Positions 18,029-26,706 are shown, counted from the stretch's first letter. The stretch: 33,727 nucleotides of DNA from Nanobdellota archaeon (GCA_038044985.1 JBBSYY010000058.1:1-33727); one strand, 5' to 3'. Notes: a model not told the origin generated them from the letters alone. A program made the numbers and translations.

Positions 18029-18397
18029 ATGGATAAAAAAACTGAAGGCCAAATAACTCTAACACTTGAAATCAAACATTTAGTTAATGAACTAAAAATT
18101 GATTATGAGTATATTTCAGAAGAATTAGATAGATGGGGAAGTCACTTTGATTATAACAAACCAAAAACTGGCAAGTGCGAATCGTATGAACTTGTTAGAG
18201 AACGCGTAAAAAAATTTGACCAAAAATACTTTCTCGCCATAAATGCTGAGTTAAATAAGCATTTTATAGTTTCGCATATTTTAAATATTGGTAAAGAGTA
18301 TTCAGATTATATTAAACATGGGAATTTAATTAGGTATCCAACAAATAAAAAAATAGACGACATCATGAAGAAATTAGATCTAATTTTTGAATCTTAA
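18029..18397 (+). CDS. Hypothetical protein
   Basis: The track start at 17942 lies inside the tRNA, so the ATG at 18029 (MDKKTE) is the plausible start. Confidence 0.6.
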   Translation: MDKKTEGQITLTLEIKHLVNELKIDYEYISEELDRWGSHFDYNKPKTGKCESYELVRERVKKFDQKYFLAINAELNKHFIVSHILNIGKEYSDYIKHGNLIRYPTNKKIDDIMKKLDLIFES

Positions 18398-18405
18398 AAA
18401 TAAAA

Positions 18406-18975
18406 ATGGAATTTCAAAAAATATTAGAAAAAAGAACTTCTGTAAAAAGCTATTTGTCAAAAAAACCAGCTATAGAAGAGATTATTAAAGCCATAGAAGC
18501 AGCTAATTCAGCCCCTGCAGCTGCTAATCTTCAACCATTGATTTATATTATTATAGAAACTCCTGAAAAAATAGCAAAAATTGCAGACGTCTGCCAACAG
18601 CAGTTTATAAACAAAACCCCATATGTTGTTGTAGTATGTTCAAATTCAAAACAGTTAAAAATATTTGATGAAAATAGAGCAGAAAAATACATAAAACACA
18701 ACGTAGGGGCAGCAATAGAAAATTTTTTGCTTAAAATAACAGAGTTAGGATTGGCAAGTTGTTGGGTAGGAGCTTTTTCAGAACCAACTCTAAGAAATCT
18801 GTTGGATATTCCAGATTCTATTAATATTGAAGTTGTTCTTCCAGTTGGATATGAATTTGTAAAAGGAAAAGCAAAGCAGAGATTTAAGCAGTTGTTAGTA
18901 AATAGGATTTTTTTTGATTCATTTGGCAATAAATATTATAAGCCCTTTATAAAAATTAGAAGAACAGACATCTAA
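18406..18975 (+). CDS. Nitroreductase family protein
   Basis: KRTSVKSY, SAPAAANLQP, LGLASCWVGAF and LPVGY. Confidence 0.92.
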   Translation: MEFQKILEKRTSVKSYLSKKPAIEEIIKAIEAANSAPAAANLQPLIYIIIETPEKIAKIADVCQQQFINKTPYVVVVCSNSKQLKIFDENRAEKYIKHNVGAAIENFLLKITELGLASCWVGAFSEPTLRNLLDIPDSINIEVVLPVGYEFVKGKAKQRFKQLLVNRIFFDSFGNKYYKPFIKIRRTDI

Positions 18976-19087
18976 TTCTTTATATGCCAGCTAATTATTT
19001 TCTGAATAAATTTATTTATTTTAGTTACGTATATACAAAAGATATACACATAAATCATTCAAATAAAATTACTAAAAAAATAAAATC

Positions 19088-19124
19088 AAAAAAAAAGAAA
19101 AAATCCTGCCCGAAAAGGGCAGGA
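19088..19124 (-). terminator. Hairpin plus U-tract terminator downstream of ftsZ
   Basis: TCCTGCCC-5nt-GGGCAGGA followed on the minus strand by a long T tract. Confidence 0.7.
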
Positions 19125-19155
19125 AAAGAAAATTAGACGCGAATTTTTCCCCTAA

Positions 19156-20238
19156 TTATTTTACATATTCGATACCAAGTTCGTCAAATTCTGGACTAAA
19201 TTCTTGCTGATATCCACGGCTTCTTTGTTTTCCTAGTATATATGGGCTTGAAACACCAGTCATTATTGTAATAACCCTAACGCGACCTTCAAAGTCTTTG
19301 TTAATTCTGGCACCAATAATGACTTGCGCATCAGCAGAAATATTCTCAGTAATTAGTTTTCCAATTTGGCTGAATTCTTCTAGTTTCATGTCAGGACCAC
19401 AAGTAATATGAATTAATGATCCATTAGCACCTCTATAATCCACGTCTAACAATGGATGTGTTAGAGCTTGCTTAACAGCTTCATTAACCCTATCACTCGA
19501 ATCTGATTCTCCAATTCCAATTACAGCAACTTCTCCTTTTTTCATTATTGCTGAGACATCTGCATAGTCTAAGTTAATTAAACTAGGCAAGGTAATTGTT
19601 TCAACAATTCCTTTTATCATTGTACTAATTAGTTCATTAGCAACTGCAAATGCTTGTTGAATTGGCAACTGTCCTGCAACATCAACTAGTCTATTATTGT
19701 CAATAACAATAGCTGTATCAACGTAATCTCTTAATTCTTGTAAGCCAAATTCAGCCTTGTCCATTCTTGCTTTTTCACACTCAAAAGGCATTGTAACAAC
19801 TCCAATAACTACGGCTCCTGTATCTTTAGAAAGCTGAGCTACTACAGGCATCGCTCCTGTTGCAGTTCCTCCGCCCTCTCCGCCAATAATAAAAATCATG
19901 TCTGCACCAGAAACAGCTTTTTTAAGCTCAGAAAGAGATTCTTTTGCAGCCTCTCTTCCAACTTCTGCCTTACCTCCAGCACCTAAGCCCCTTGTCAATT
20001 CCTTCCCTATTAGAATTTTTTCATCTGCTTTAGTTATGCTTAGATGTAGGGCGTCTGTATTAACTGTAAAAACAGTGGCTCCAGAGATTCCTTTATTAAA
20101 CAACCAAGTTACTGCATTTCCTCCAGCTCCGCCAACACCAAAAACTTTAATGTTTGCTTTACCGGCCTTTAGTTCATCAAAGTTAATACTATGAGTATCT
20201 ATATTTTCTATGGCTTCTTTTGCAAAGTTAAGTACCAT
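19156..20238 (-). CDS. ftsZ: Cell division protein FtsZ (FtsZ2-type)
   Basis: GVGGAGGN, NTD, GLGAGG, GGGTATG, DNNRL, PSLINLDYAD and HPLLDVDYRGA (FtsZ2-like). AAGGAGG SD. Confidence 0.97.
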   Translation of the reverse strand: MVLNFAKEAIENIDTHSINFDELKAGKANIKVFGVGGAGGNAVTWLFNKGISGATVFTVNTDALHLSITKADEKILIGKELTRGLGAGGKAEVGREAAKESLSELKKAVSGADMIFIIGGEGGGTATGAMPVVAQLSKDTGAVVIGVVTMPFECEKARMDKAEFGLQELRDYVDTAIVIDNNRLVDVAGQLPIQQAFAVANELISTMIKGIVETITLPSLINLDYADVSAIMKKGEVAVIGIGESDSSDRVNEAVKQALTHPLLDVDYRGANGSLIHITCGPDMKLEEFSQIGKLITENISADAQVIIGARINKDFEGRVRVITIMTGVSSPYILGKQRSRGYQQEFSPEFDELGIEYVK

Positions 20239-20535
20239 TTAAATTTTTTCCTCCTTTCAATCTTTTATAATACCAATATCTTTAAATACTAGTATTACCA
20301 TTTATTTATAATAAGTTTAACTAACGTTGAAGAACATACAAAAAGAGGATCACCTCTTTATAAATTTAAATCACCCCAATGATTTAAATTAATTATTATG
20401 AAAATAACAGCTTTCTTTTCTTTATAAATTTTTGTGTTGTAAAAAATATAAAACTATTTTTTACTAGATAGTGTCTAATAATCCTTTTTTGACTTTGAAA
20501 TCAGCAAATTTAGATAAACTCTTTAATTTTTATAT

Positions 20536-20704
20536 ATCACCAACTTTTTACGTATACCTCGGACTAAAGTCCGAGGTTTGTTCTAAAGACTTCAATTCGT
20601 TAGAGTTGAACGTATCAGAGAACTTTGTTCTCTGAGTTGGGGAGACAGAAAACAAACGACTGCAATTACTCCAGTTTAAAAACTGGAGTTTGTTTTCTGT
20701 ATCA
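20536..20704. repeat. Multi-hairpin dispersed repeat, family 1, copy 1
   Basis: Four consecutive stems. A diverged copy lies at 26160-26327. Confidence 0.9.
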
Positions 20705-20988
20705 GAACTTTTTGCATCTTTGAAGTTTCTGAGCCAAAAATTTCTAACAATTTTTTAAAATAAATTTTGGTATTAATAACTAAAAAATTTATGATACTAC
20801 TAATTTAAACTTTTGAGATTATTAGCAGAAACATCAGTTCTTATTTTTTAGACAGGCCCAGGTTTTTAAGGTTGTTAGAAAGATAGGTGAACGGTTAAAT
20901 ATTTAAAGAAAATTAACGGTATGTTATCTTCATAATTTAAATTTAATTAATTTAATCAGATATATAAAGGACTTTTTTTATTTATAAG

Positions 20989-21759
20989 ATGGCATCAATA
21001 TCACTAATCCAAGCAATTATCTTAAGTATAGTTCAAGGAATAACAGAATGGATCCCCGTTAGCAGTTCAGGGCACTTAATTTTATTTCAAGAATTGCTTG
21101 GTTTTCAAGATTCTCAAATACCTTATTATGTTTTTTTGCATTTGGCCAGCGTTTTTGCTATTATTGTTTTTTTCTGGAAAGATATTTTGGATTTTTTAAA
21201 ATTAGATAGTAAGAATCTAGAATATTTAGGTTATTTAATTATAGCTACAATTCCAGTAGCAATTTTTGGATTTTTTTTTGCAACTAAAATAGAAGAACTA
21301 TTTTCAAACATGTTTTTTCTAGGATTATTTTTTATTTTTTCAGGAATAATAGTATATTCTACAAAATTTAGTGTTGAAAAAAAAGAAAAAATTAATTCTT
21401 TTGACTCTATTTTTATTGGTTTGTTTCAGGCTTTAGCTGTTTTGCCAGGAGTTTCGAGAATTGGAATGACAATAAGCTCTGCATTATTTAGAGGTTTAAG
21501 CAAGAATGCGGCGGTAAAATTTTCTTTTTTAATGGCAATTCCCGTAATTCTAGGAGCTTTTGTTCTTCAGGCAAAAAGTATAATTATTTCTGAAATTAGT
21601 TATTCTTTATTAATAATTAGTTTTATAATTACTTTTTTAGTTAGTTTGATTACCATAAAATTAGTTATTAAAATAATCAAAAGTGAGAAATTCTATTGGT
21701 TTGGAGTTTATGATATTTTATTAGGAGTTTTGGTGTTGGTGTGGAGTTTTTTTAGGTAG
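20989..21759 (+). CDS. uppP: Undecaprenyl-diphosphate phosphatase (BacA family)
   Basis: QGITEWIPVSSSGH, QALAVLPGVSR.G and FSFLMAIP in a polytopic membrane protein. Confidence 0.95.
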   Translation: MASISLIQAIILSIVQGITEWIPVSSSGHLILFQELLGFQDSQIPYYVFLHLASVFAIIVFFWKDILDFLKLDSKNLEYLGYLIIATIPVAIFGFFFATKIEELFSNMFFLGLFFIFSGIIVYSTKFSVEKKEKINSFDSIFIGLFQALAVLPGVSRIGMTISSALFRGLSKNAAVKFSFLMAIPVILGAFVLQAKSIIISEISYSLLIISFIITFLVSLITIKLVIKIIKSEKFYWFGVYDILLGVLVLVWSFFR

Positions 21760-21832
21760 AAGTTCTATTTAGGATTTTTCTCTGGAATTTTAAGTAAAAT
21801 TTTTGATTAATGATTTTTGTCTGTAATAAAAA

Positions 21833-21903
21833 TGGGCGCGGAGGGAATTGAACCCTCATCTCAAGCTCTGGAGGCTCGCATTCTGCCATTGAACTACACA
21901 CCC
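21833..21903 (-). tRNA. tRNA-Trp(CCA), intronless
   Basis: Acceptor GGGTGTG/CGCGCCC-A, anticodon arm CGAGC-CTCCAGA-GCTTG, T arm GAGGG-TTCAATT-CCCTC. Confidence 0.92.
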
Positions 21904-21990
21904 TCAAAAGACCTAAAGAAACTACATTTTAAAGGTTTTTGGATATATAAAATCCGCAAGTTATATAAACAGTAATTACTAATAATTGTA

Positions 21991-22128
21991 ATGGATCAAG
22001 AAACAATTACTATAACAAAAGAAGAATTTGAAAAACTGAAGAAGAAATCAGAGATAGCTGATGATGCTATTGTTCAGTTGAAATTAAGTCTTGAAGATAT
22101 GAAATGTGGGAGAGTTAGCAAGTTTTAA
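21991..22128 (+). CDS. Putative antitoxin, 45 aa (not in ORF track)
   Basis: MDQETITITKEEFEKLKKKSEIADDAIVQLKLSLEDMKCGRVSKF has the V/IxxEEY/FxxL and SLEDxxxGRV patterns of RelB/Phd-like antitoxins. TTATATAAA lies about 25 bp upstream. Confidence 0.75.
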   Translation: MDQETITITKEEFEKLKKKSEIADDAIVQLKLSLEDMKCGRVSKF

Positions 22129-22430
22129 ATATTTCTTAATAAATCAAAAAACTCATCTTTATTATCTATTATGAAATCTATACTTTTTTGCTGGTCTTTC
22201 TTAGAAGCAAAAGATACAAGTAAAATTTTCTTTCTTTGTTCGTCTACTAAAAAATAAAGCCTTTTGTTTAGGTATTTCTTTTCTCTAAACCAACTAAATC
22301 GTAGTGGTTTGCCCGTAACAGATTCGTCCAGGTTTTCCTTTATCTTTTTAATCCAATTTTGTTCATTTCTATCTAATGTTTCAAATAATTTTTTAAAAGA
22401 ATCGGTTTTATAAACCCCATAATTTTTCAT
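22125..22430 (-). CDS. RelE/ParE-superfamily toxin-like protein
   Basis: YGVYKTDSFKK..L...KIKENL...GKPL...FREKK...RLYFLVDE..KKILLV. The likely ATG at 22430 is 1 bp after the PIN gene stop. Confidence 0.72.
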   Translation of the reverse strand: MKNYGVYKTDSFKKLFETLDRNEQNWIKKIKENLDESVTGKPLRFSWFREKKYLNKRLYFLVDEQRKKILLVSFASKKDQQKSIDFIIDNKDEFFDLLRNI

Positions 22431-22431
22431 T

Positions 22432-23109
22432 TTACATCCCACTCATTTCTTCAACTTCTCTCTCTGAAATAGAACAGCCATTAAACTTTAGTCCATATAA
22501 AATTGCTTCTAAAGCGCTAGGAGATTTCAAATCAACTAAATTATTTTTATAAGCAATATAAGCAATTTCTACTGATCTTATTATTTTGAAATGTTTAAAA
22601 AAATCATAATTGGCTCTATTAGCCTTAATATTACTATGAAGTTTTTTTTCTAAAAGTTTTCTTAAATTTTCTGGATTTTCGCATAACATTCTAGTTGTTC
22701 TCTCATCAATAGCTAAAGGTATATTAACGCCGGTTTTAGCTTTTATTATTATAGAAAGAGATAAAGCAGCCGCTTCTCCTTTATCTATTAAATGAATGTC
22801 GGTTCCTTTTACTTTAAAAGTTGAATTAGCTATTTGCATTAAATTATCCCTGATTTCTCTTAATTCATTAACATCATTTTTCTTTAAATCTGCATGTTTT
22901 ATCACTCCTTTTTTAAACAAAGCCTCTAATCTTAAAGCTCCTAATTCAAATCTTTTAATAGTCTTGGGGTCGTCAATTACTTCTTTTCTAACTTCTTTAG
23001 TTATTAAAAACTCTACTTTAAATTTTTTATGCAGAGATTCCAATAAATAAAGCAGTCCATTCATTGAAAAATTAATTAAGGGACCTGAATCAAATATTAG
23101 GTATTTCAT
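22432..23109 (-). CDS. PIN-domain protein (DUF3368/VapC-like, extended)
   Basis: LIFDSGPLI, EVRKE, IDKGEAAAL and AIDERTTR acidic PIN motifs. Confidence 0.8.
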   Translation of the reverse strand: MKYLIFDSGPLINFSMNGLLYLLESLHKKFKVEFLITKEVRKEVIDDPKTIKRFELGALRLEALFKKGVIKHADLKKNDVNELREIRDNLMQIANSTFKVKGTDIHLIDKGEAAALSLSIIIKAKTGVNIPLAIDERTTRMLCENPENLRKLLEKKLHSNIKANRANYDFFKHFKIIRSVEIAYIAYKNNLVDLKSPSALEAILYGLKFNGCSISEREVEEMSGM

Positions 23110-23155
23110 TTTTATTTTTGCCTTTTTTATTTATTAAATCACAAAACTTAGATTG

Positions 23156-23312
23156 TACCGCACCTTTTAAGGTGCGGTTTGTTTTGGTTTTGGGATTCCC
23201 AAAACCAGAGAAAACTTGAAAAGTTTTCTTGGCCGAGAAAATTTTATAATAAGAAATTTTCTCTGGAAATCCGCATAAAAAGATAACTGCAACATAAATG
23301 TTGCGGATTTTT
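23156..23312. repeat. Multi-hairpin chain, family 2
   Basis: Five abutting stems: ACCGCACCTT/AAGGTGCGGT, GGTTTTGGGA/TCCCAAAACC, AGAAAACTT/AAGTTTTCT, GAGAAAATTT/AAATTTTCTC, and AAATCCGCA..GCAACAT/ATGTTGCGGATTT. Confidence 0.85.
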
Positions 23313-23394
23313 TTAAGGATTAAAGATTATTTTTGATGAACAATTTATTTACCATATAAATAATGTAGATTCTGCTTATTGAGAATAGAGGTTT

Positions 23395-23964
23395 TCACCC
23401 AAAAATCCCTTCAGCAATTTTTATTCTTTCTTTGATTGGCATTGTCACAGCTAAATTAATGTCCGCGATACCAGTTCTTCCAGTATATTCTGATAATTCC
23501 CATAAACTAATTCCTAGAATTTTGGCTGTTTTTTCCATAGAAATACCATGCTCATAAATTCTAGAAGCTTTGTTAATTTTTGCCTTTCTAAAAACATCAT
23601 TTATAAAAATCTTTAACCTTCCAGATAATCCTTCAATTAATTTTCTGATTGACTCAACCTCTAGATGAAACTTTTCAAAATCTTTATTTTTCAGGGCTAT
23701 AATCATGCTTTCTATATTTTTCCTATAATTATTATAAAAGCCGCTCCAATTTTTTTCTGTTTTATAAACTTCTCTTTCAATTAACTTGCTTAAAGCGTAT
23801 ATTATTACAGTTATAGATATTACATCAGGATCCTGATGAATTGATGCATGATGTATAACTCTGTTACTTAAACCTTTAATCCTAATATAATCTTTTTCCC
23901 CTAAAGCTTCTCTAACTTTTATAAGGATATCAAGAATATGCTCTCTTTCTTCTATTTTAATCAC
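23395..23964 (-). CDS. Hypothetical protein with C-terminal HTH (UPF0175-like)
   Basis: ASRIYEHGISMEKTAKILGISLWEL. GTG start with AGGAGG overlapping or adjacent. Confidence 0.7.
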   Translation of the reverse strand: MIKIEEREHILDILIKVREALGEKDYIRIKGLSNRVIHHASIHQDPDVISITVIIYALSKLIEREVYKTEKNWSGFYNNYRKNIESMIIALKNKDFEKFHLEVESIRKLIEGLSGRLKIFINDVFRKAKINKASRIYEHGISMEKTAKILGISLWELSEYTGRTGIADINLAVTMPIKERIKIAEGIFG

Positions 23965-24052
23965 CTCCTTATAGAAAAGGAATAAGCCTTATTTAAATAT
24001 TATTCTTTATATAAATATTTAAAAAGATGGTTTGATATATTAAATTATAGAA

Positions 24053-24322
24053 GTGATTCCTTCAGAAAAAGAGAATTCTTTAGAAAAAGAAATAGATGCT
24101 TTTATGGAAAAATTACCATCAATGTTAAAAGATCATGAAGGAAAATACGCTGTTTTTAAGGGAAACGACCGTTTAGGATTTTGGGATTCATACGAGTCTG
24201 CTTTACAAGAAGGTTATGAAAAATTAGGACTCGTTCCTTCTTTAATTAGAAAAGTAAATAGAGAGTATGAGATTTTTGGAAGGTATGGAAAACCACTTAA
24301 TCTTTATTTTCTTTCTGCTTAA
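24053..24322 (+). CDS. Small hypothetical protein (DUF5678-like)
   Basis: LKDHEGKYAVFKG...GFWDSYESALQEGY...IRKV. Confidence 0.6.
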   Translation: MIPSEKENSLEKEIDAFMEKLPSMLKDHEGKYAVFKGNDRLGFWDSYESALQEGYEKLGLVPSLIRKVNREYEIFGRYGKPLNLYFLSA

Positions 24323-24625
24323 TTAATTACAATTAACAAAATACCTTTTTATAGATCATCTTTATTAAAAGTATATTATAAGAGAGTTTTAAAAAGTTAA
24401 TAACATTATAGAACTTAAGATAAACTGGTCTGTATTAATTTAATAAGTTGTTTTAGATTAATAAATGAACATCCCAGCAATAAAAGTCATATAGTGGTTA
24501 TAGTCTATTAAAAATCAGCGAGAACTGCTCTCTAAAGCCCCAATCAATTTAAGTTACTAATATTAACTATCTAAAGAGTATAGATTTATTAAAAACAATT
24601 AAATAAAAGAAACCAAGATTTTAAA

Positions 24626-25003
24626 ATGAAAATAATCCTAGACACAAACTTTTTGATTTATTGTGCGAAAGAGAAACTAGACTATAACGAAGAAATTCAG
24701 AATTTGATTAATGAGAGATATGAATTAGTTGTGCCTGAACAAGTTGTTGAAGAACTAAAAAGACTGGCTAAAAAAACAAAAAAATGGAGTGATAAAGAAG
24801 CTTCTAATTTAGCCTTACAATTATTGGGAAAAAATAAAATCAAAATAATTGACGTAAATGGTAAAAAAGTTGATGATGTTATTATTAATCTTGCAAAAGA
24901 AAATCCTAAAAATATCGTTTGTACATTAGATAGAGAGATGAGAAAAGAACTTCCTAGAGTAATTTTATTGAATAGAAACAAAAAATTGATTTTGACAAGG
25001 TAG
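24626..25003 (+). CDS. PIN-domain protein (Fcf1/Utp24-like, rpoE-linked)
   Basis: IILDTNFL, VVEEL, VDD and VCTLDREMRK, upstream of rpoE'. Confidence 0.88.
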   Translation: MKIILDTNFLIYCAKEKLDYNEEIQNLINERYELVVPEQVVEELKRLAKKTKKWSDKEASNLALQLLGKNKIKIIDVNGKKVDDVIINLAKENPKNIVCTLDREMRKELPRVILLNRNKKLILTR

Positions 25004-25071
25004 TTTTTTATTATTAATAATGCAATTAGTTAAAACGTCATCGTTAAATTATTTGTAGATCAATTATATCA

Positions 25072-25365
25072 TTAGTCATTTACATATTTTCTAAAGATTC
25101 TTGGTTTTACCTCCACTACTTCAAAATTACCTTCACAAGGTAGATATTTACAAATCTCAACCCCAAATGTTTCATAAGTAAAATAATTGCTTAAAGTTAA
25201 CATTCCAAACTTTCTTAGTTCTGTAATAATACCTTTAATTAAATTATTCTTATAAGATCTAACAACTATCGATAAGTTTCTATTTGGGATTTCTATTATG
25301 TCATTTCCTATTTCTAATTCCCCTAATTTCTTCAAAAATTTCAAAAACCCACCCTCCGTCTTCAT
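25072..25365 (-). CDS. Hypothetical protein
   Basis: 97-aa ORF with an ATG start and no recognised motif. Confidence 0.5.
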   Translation of the reverse strand: MKTEGGFLKFLKKLGELEIGNDIIEIPNRNLSIVVRSYKNNLIKGIITELRKFGMLTLSNYFTYETFGVEICKYLPCEGNFEVVEVKPRIFRKYVND

Positions 25366-25535
25366 TAAAATTTATTTTGCTTACTAATCCGAAATTCCCA
25401 TTATCCAACTCATGAATGAAATGGGGATTAAATTTTTTTATGTTGTAAGTTTCTTTATACATTTTATTTAATAATTATCTACCTTTTAAAAAACTTTTCA
25501 ATAACCTTTAAAAACCTCCTTTTTTTAGTAGTTTT

Positions 25536-26141
25536 ATGTTTTATATAGTTGAGGTTGAAGATTATATTCGAGTAGAGCCTAAATTATTTGGACTTATAAC
25601 TAGCGATGCTGTTGCAAAACAACTGCAAGAAATATACGTTAATTATCATGATAAAGAAATTGGAGAGGTTATTGGAGTAATTTCAGTTCTAGAAGTTGGT
25701 AAAGGTATAATAATCCCGGGAGATGGCGCCGCTTATTATAATTCAAAATTTAAATTAATTGTCTGGAAACCAGAACTTCAAGAATTAGTTTATGTAATAG
25801 TTGATGAAATAACAAATTTTGGGGCTTTTATGAATTTAGGAGTTATGAAAGGTGTCTTACATATAAGTCAGACAATGGATGATTATGTCAGTTTCTCAAA
25901 TGCAAATACTCTCGTTGGGAAAGATTCAAAAAGAGTATTAAAAAAAAGAGATGCCTGTTTGGCTAGAATAATTGCTTTGTCGTATAGAGGAGACCAGCCA
26001 AAAATAGGACTGACGATGAGACAACCTGGATTAGGAAAATTAGAATGGATAGAGGAAGAAAAAAAGAAAGTTAAAACTATTACTAAAAAATTAAATAAAG
26101 GAGAGAAAACACAAAAAACAAGAAAAGTTAAAGACCAATAG
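25536..26141 (+). CDS. rpo7: DNA-directed RNA polymerase subunit E' (Rpo7)
   Basis: IIPGDGAAY, S1 domain FGAFMNLG..GVLHISQ, and KIGLTMRQPGLGKLEW. Confidence 0.97.
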   Translation: MFYIVEVEDYIRVEPKLFGLITSDAVAKQLQEIYVNYHDKEIGEVIGVISVLEVGKGIIIPGDGAAYYNSKFKLIVWKPELQELVYVIVDEITNFGAFMNLGVMKGVLHISQTMDDYVSFSNANTLVGKDSKRVLKKRDACLARIIALSYRGDQPKIGLTMRQPGLGKLEWIEEEKKKVKTITKKLNKGEKTQKTRKVKDQ

Positions 26142-26159
26142 AAATAAAGTAGTTATTAA

Positions 26160-26327
26160 ATCACCAACTTTTGCGTATACCTCGGACTAAAGTCCAAGGT
26201 TTATTCTAAAGACTTCAACTCGTTAGAGTTGAATGTATCAGAGAACTTTGTTCTCTGAGTTTGGGAGACAGAAAACAAACGACTGTAATTACTCCGGTTT
26301 AAAAACTGGAGTCTGTTTTCTGTATCA
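26160..26327. repeat. Multi-hairpin dispersed repeat, family 1, diverged copy between rpoE' and spt4
   Basis: Aligns to 20536-20704 with about ten differences, and the flanks are unrelated. Confidence 0.9.
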
Positions 26328-26520
26328 AGAAAAAGTTATGCGATGATAAAAAAGCTAGAGATGTTAATCTCAAATAAACCTATATCAATTACTAAAATTA
26401 AAATAAAAAAATAAACATATTAATAATAAAAAACTTAAACATGAGAAGTCTAGCTTATTTAAGTCACTAGTTATTAAAATAAAATCAGAAAAATAAAGAC
26501 TAAATAAAGAAAAAATAAAA

Positions 26521-26706
26521 ATGGCAAAAGAAAAGGTTTGTAAATATTGTAAATTGATACATGAGCAAGAAGTATGTCCTAATTGCGGAAAAAAAGAAAC
26601 TTTAAATACTTTTAAAGGAAAGGTTGAAATAATTAACCAAGAAAAATCAGAAATTTCTAAGCGGCTAAAAATAAATAAAAACGGAGTATATGCAATTAGG
26701 ATATAA
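26521..26706 (+). CDS. spt4: Transcription elongation factor Spt4 (RpoE'')
   Basis: CKYC...CPNCG...FKG.V.I....SEI...L.I...G.YAI, downstream of rpoE'. Confidence 0.92.
   Translation: MAKEKVCKYCKLIHEQEVCPNCGKKETLNTFKGKVEIINQEKSEISKRLKINKNGVYAIRI

Larger units (their letters stand above)
20465..25782 (+). repeat. First copy of a direct duplication of at least 5318 bp
   Basis: Matches 28410-33727 (offset 7945). All ORF translations are identical. Confidence 0.97.

Noticed and set aside
20536-20704. Hairpin chains as a CRISPR array
   Set aside because: There are no identical direct repeats with unique spacers, and no cas genes in the window.
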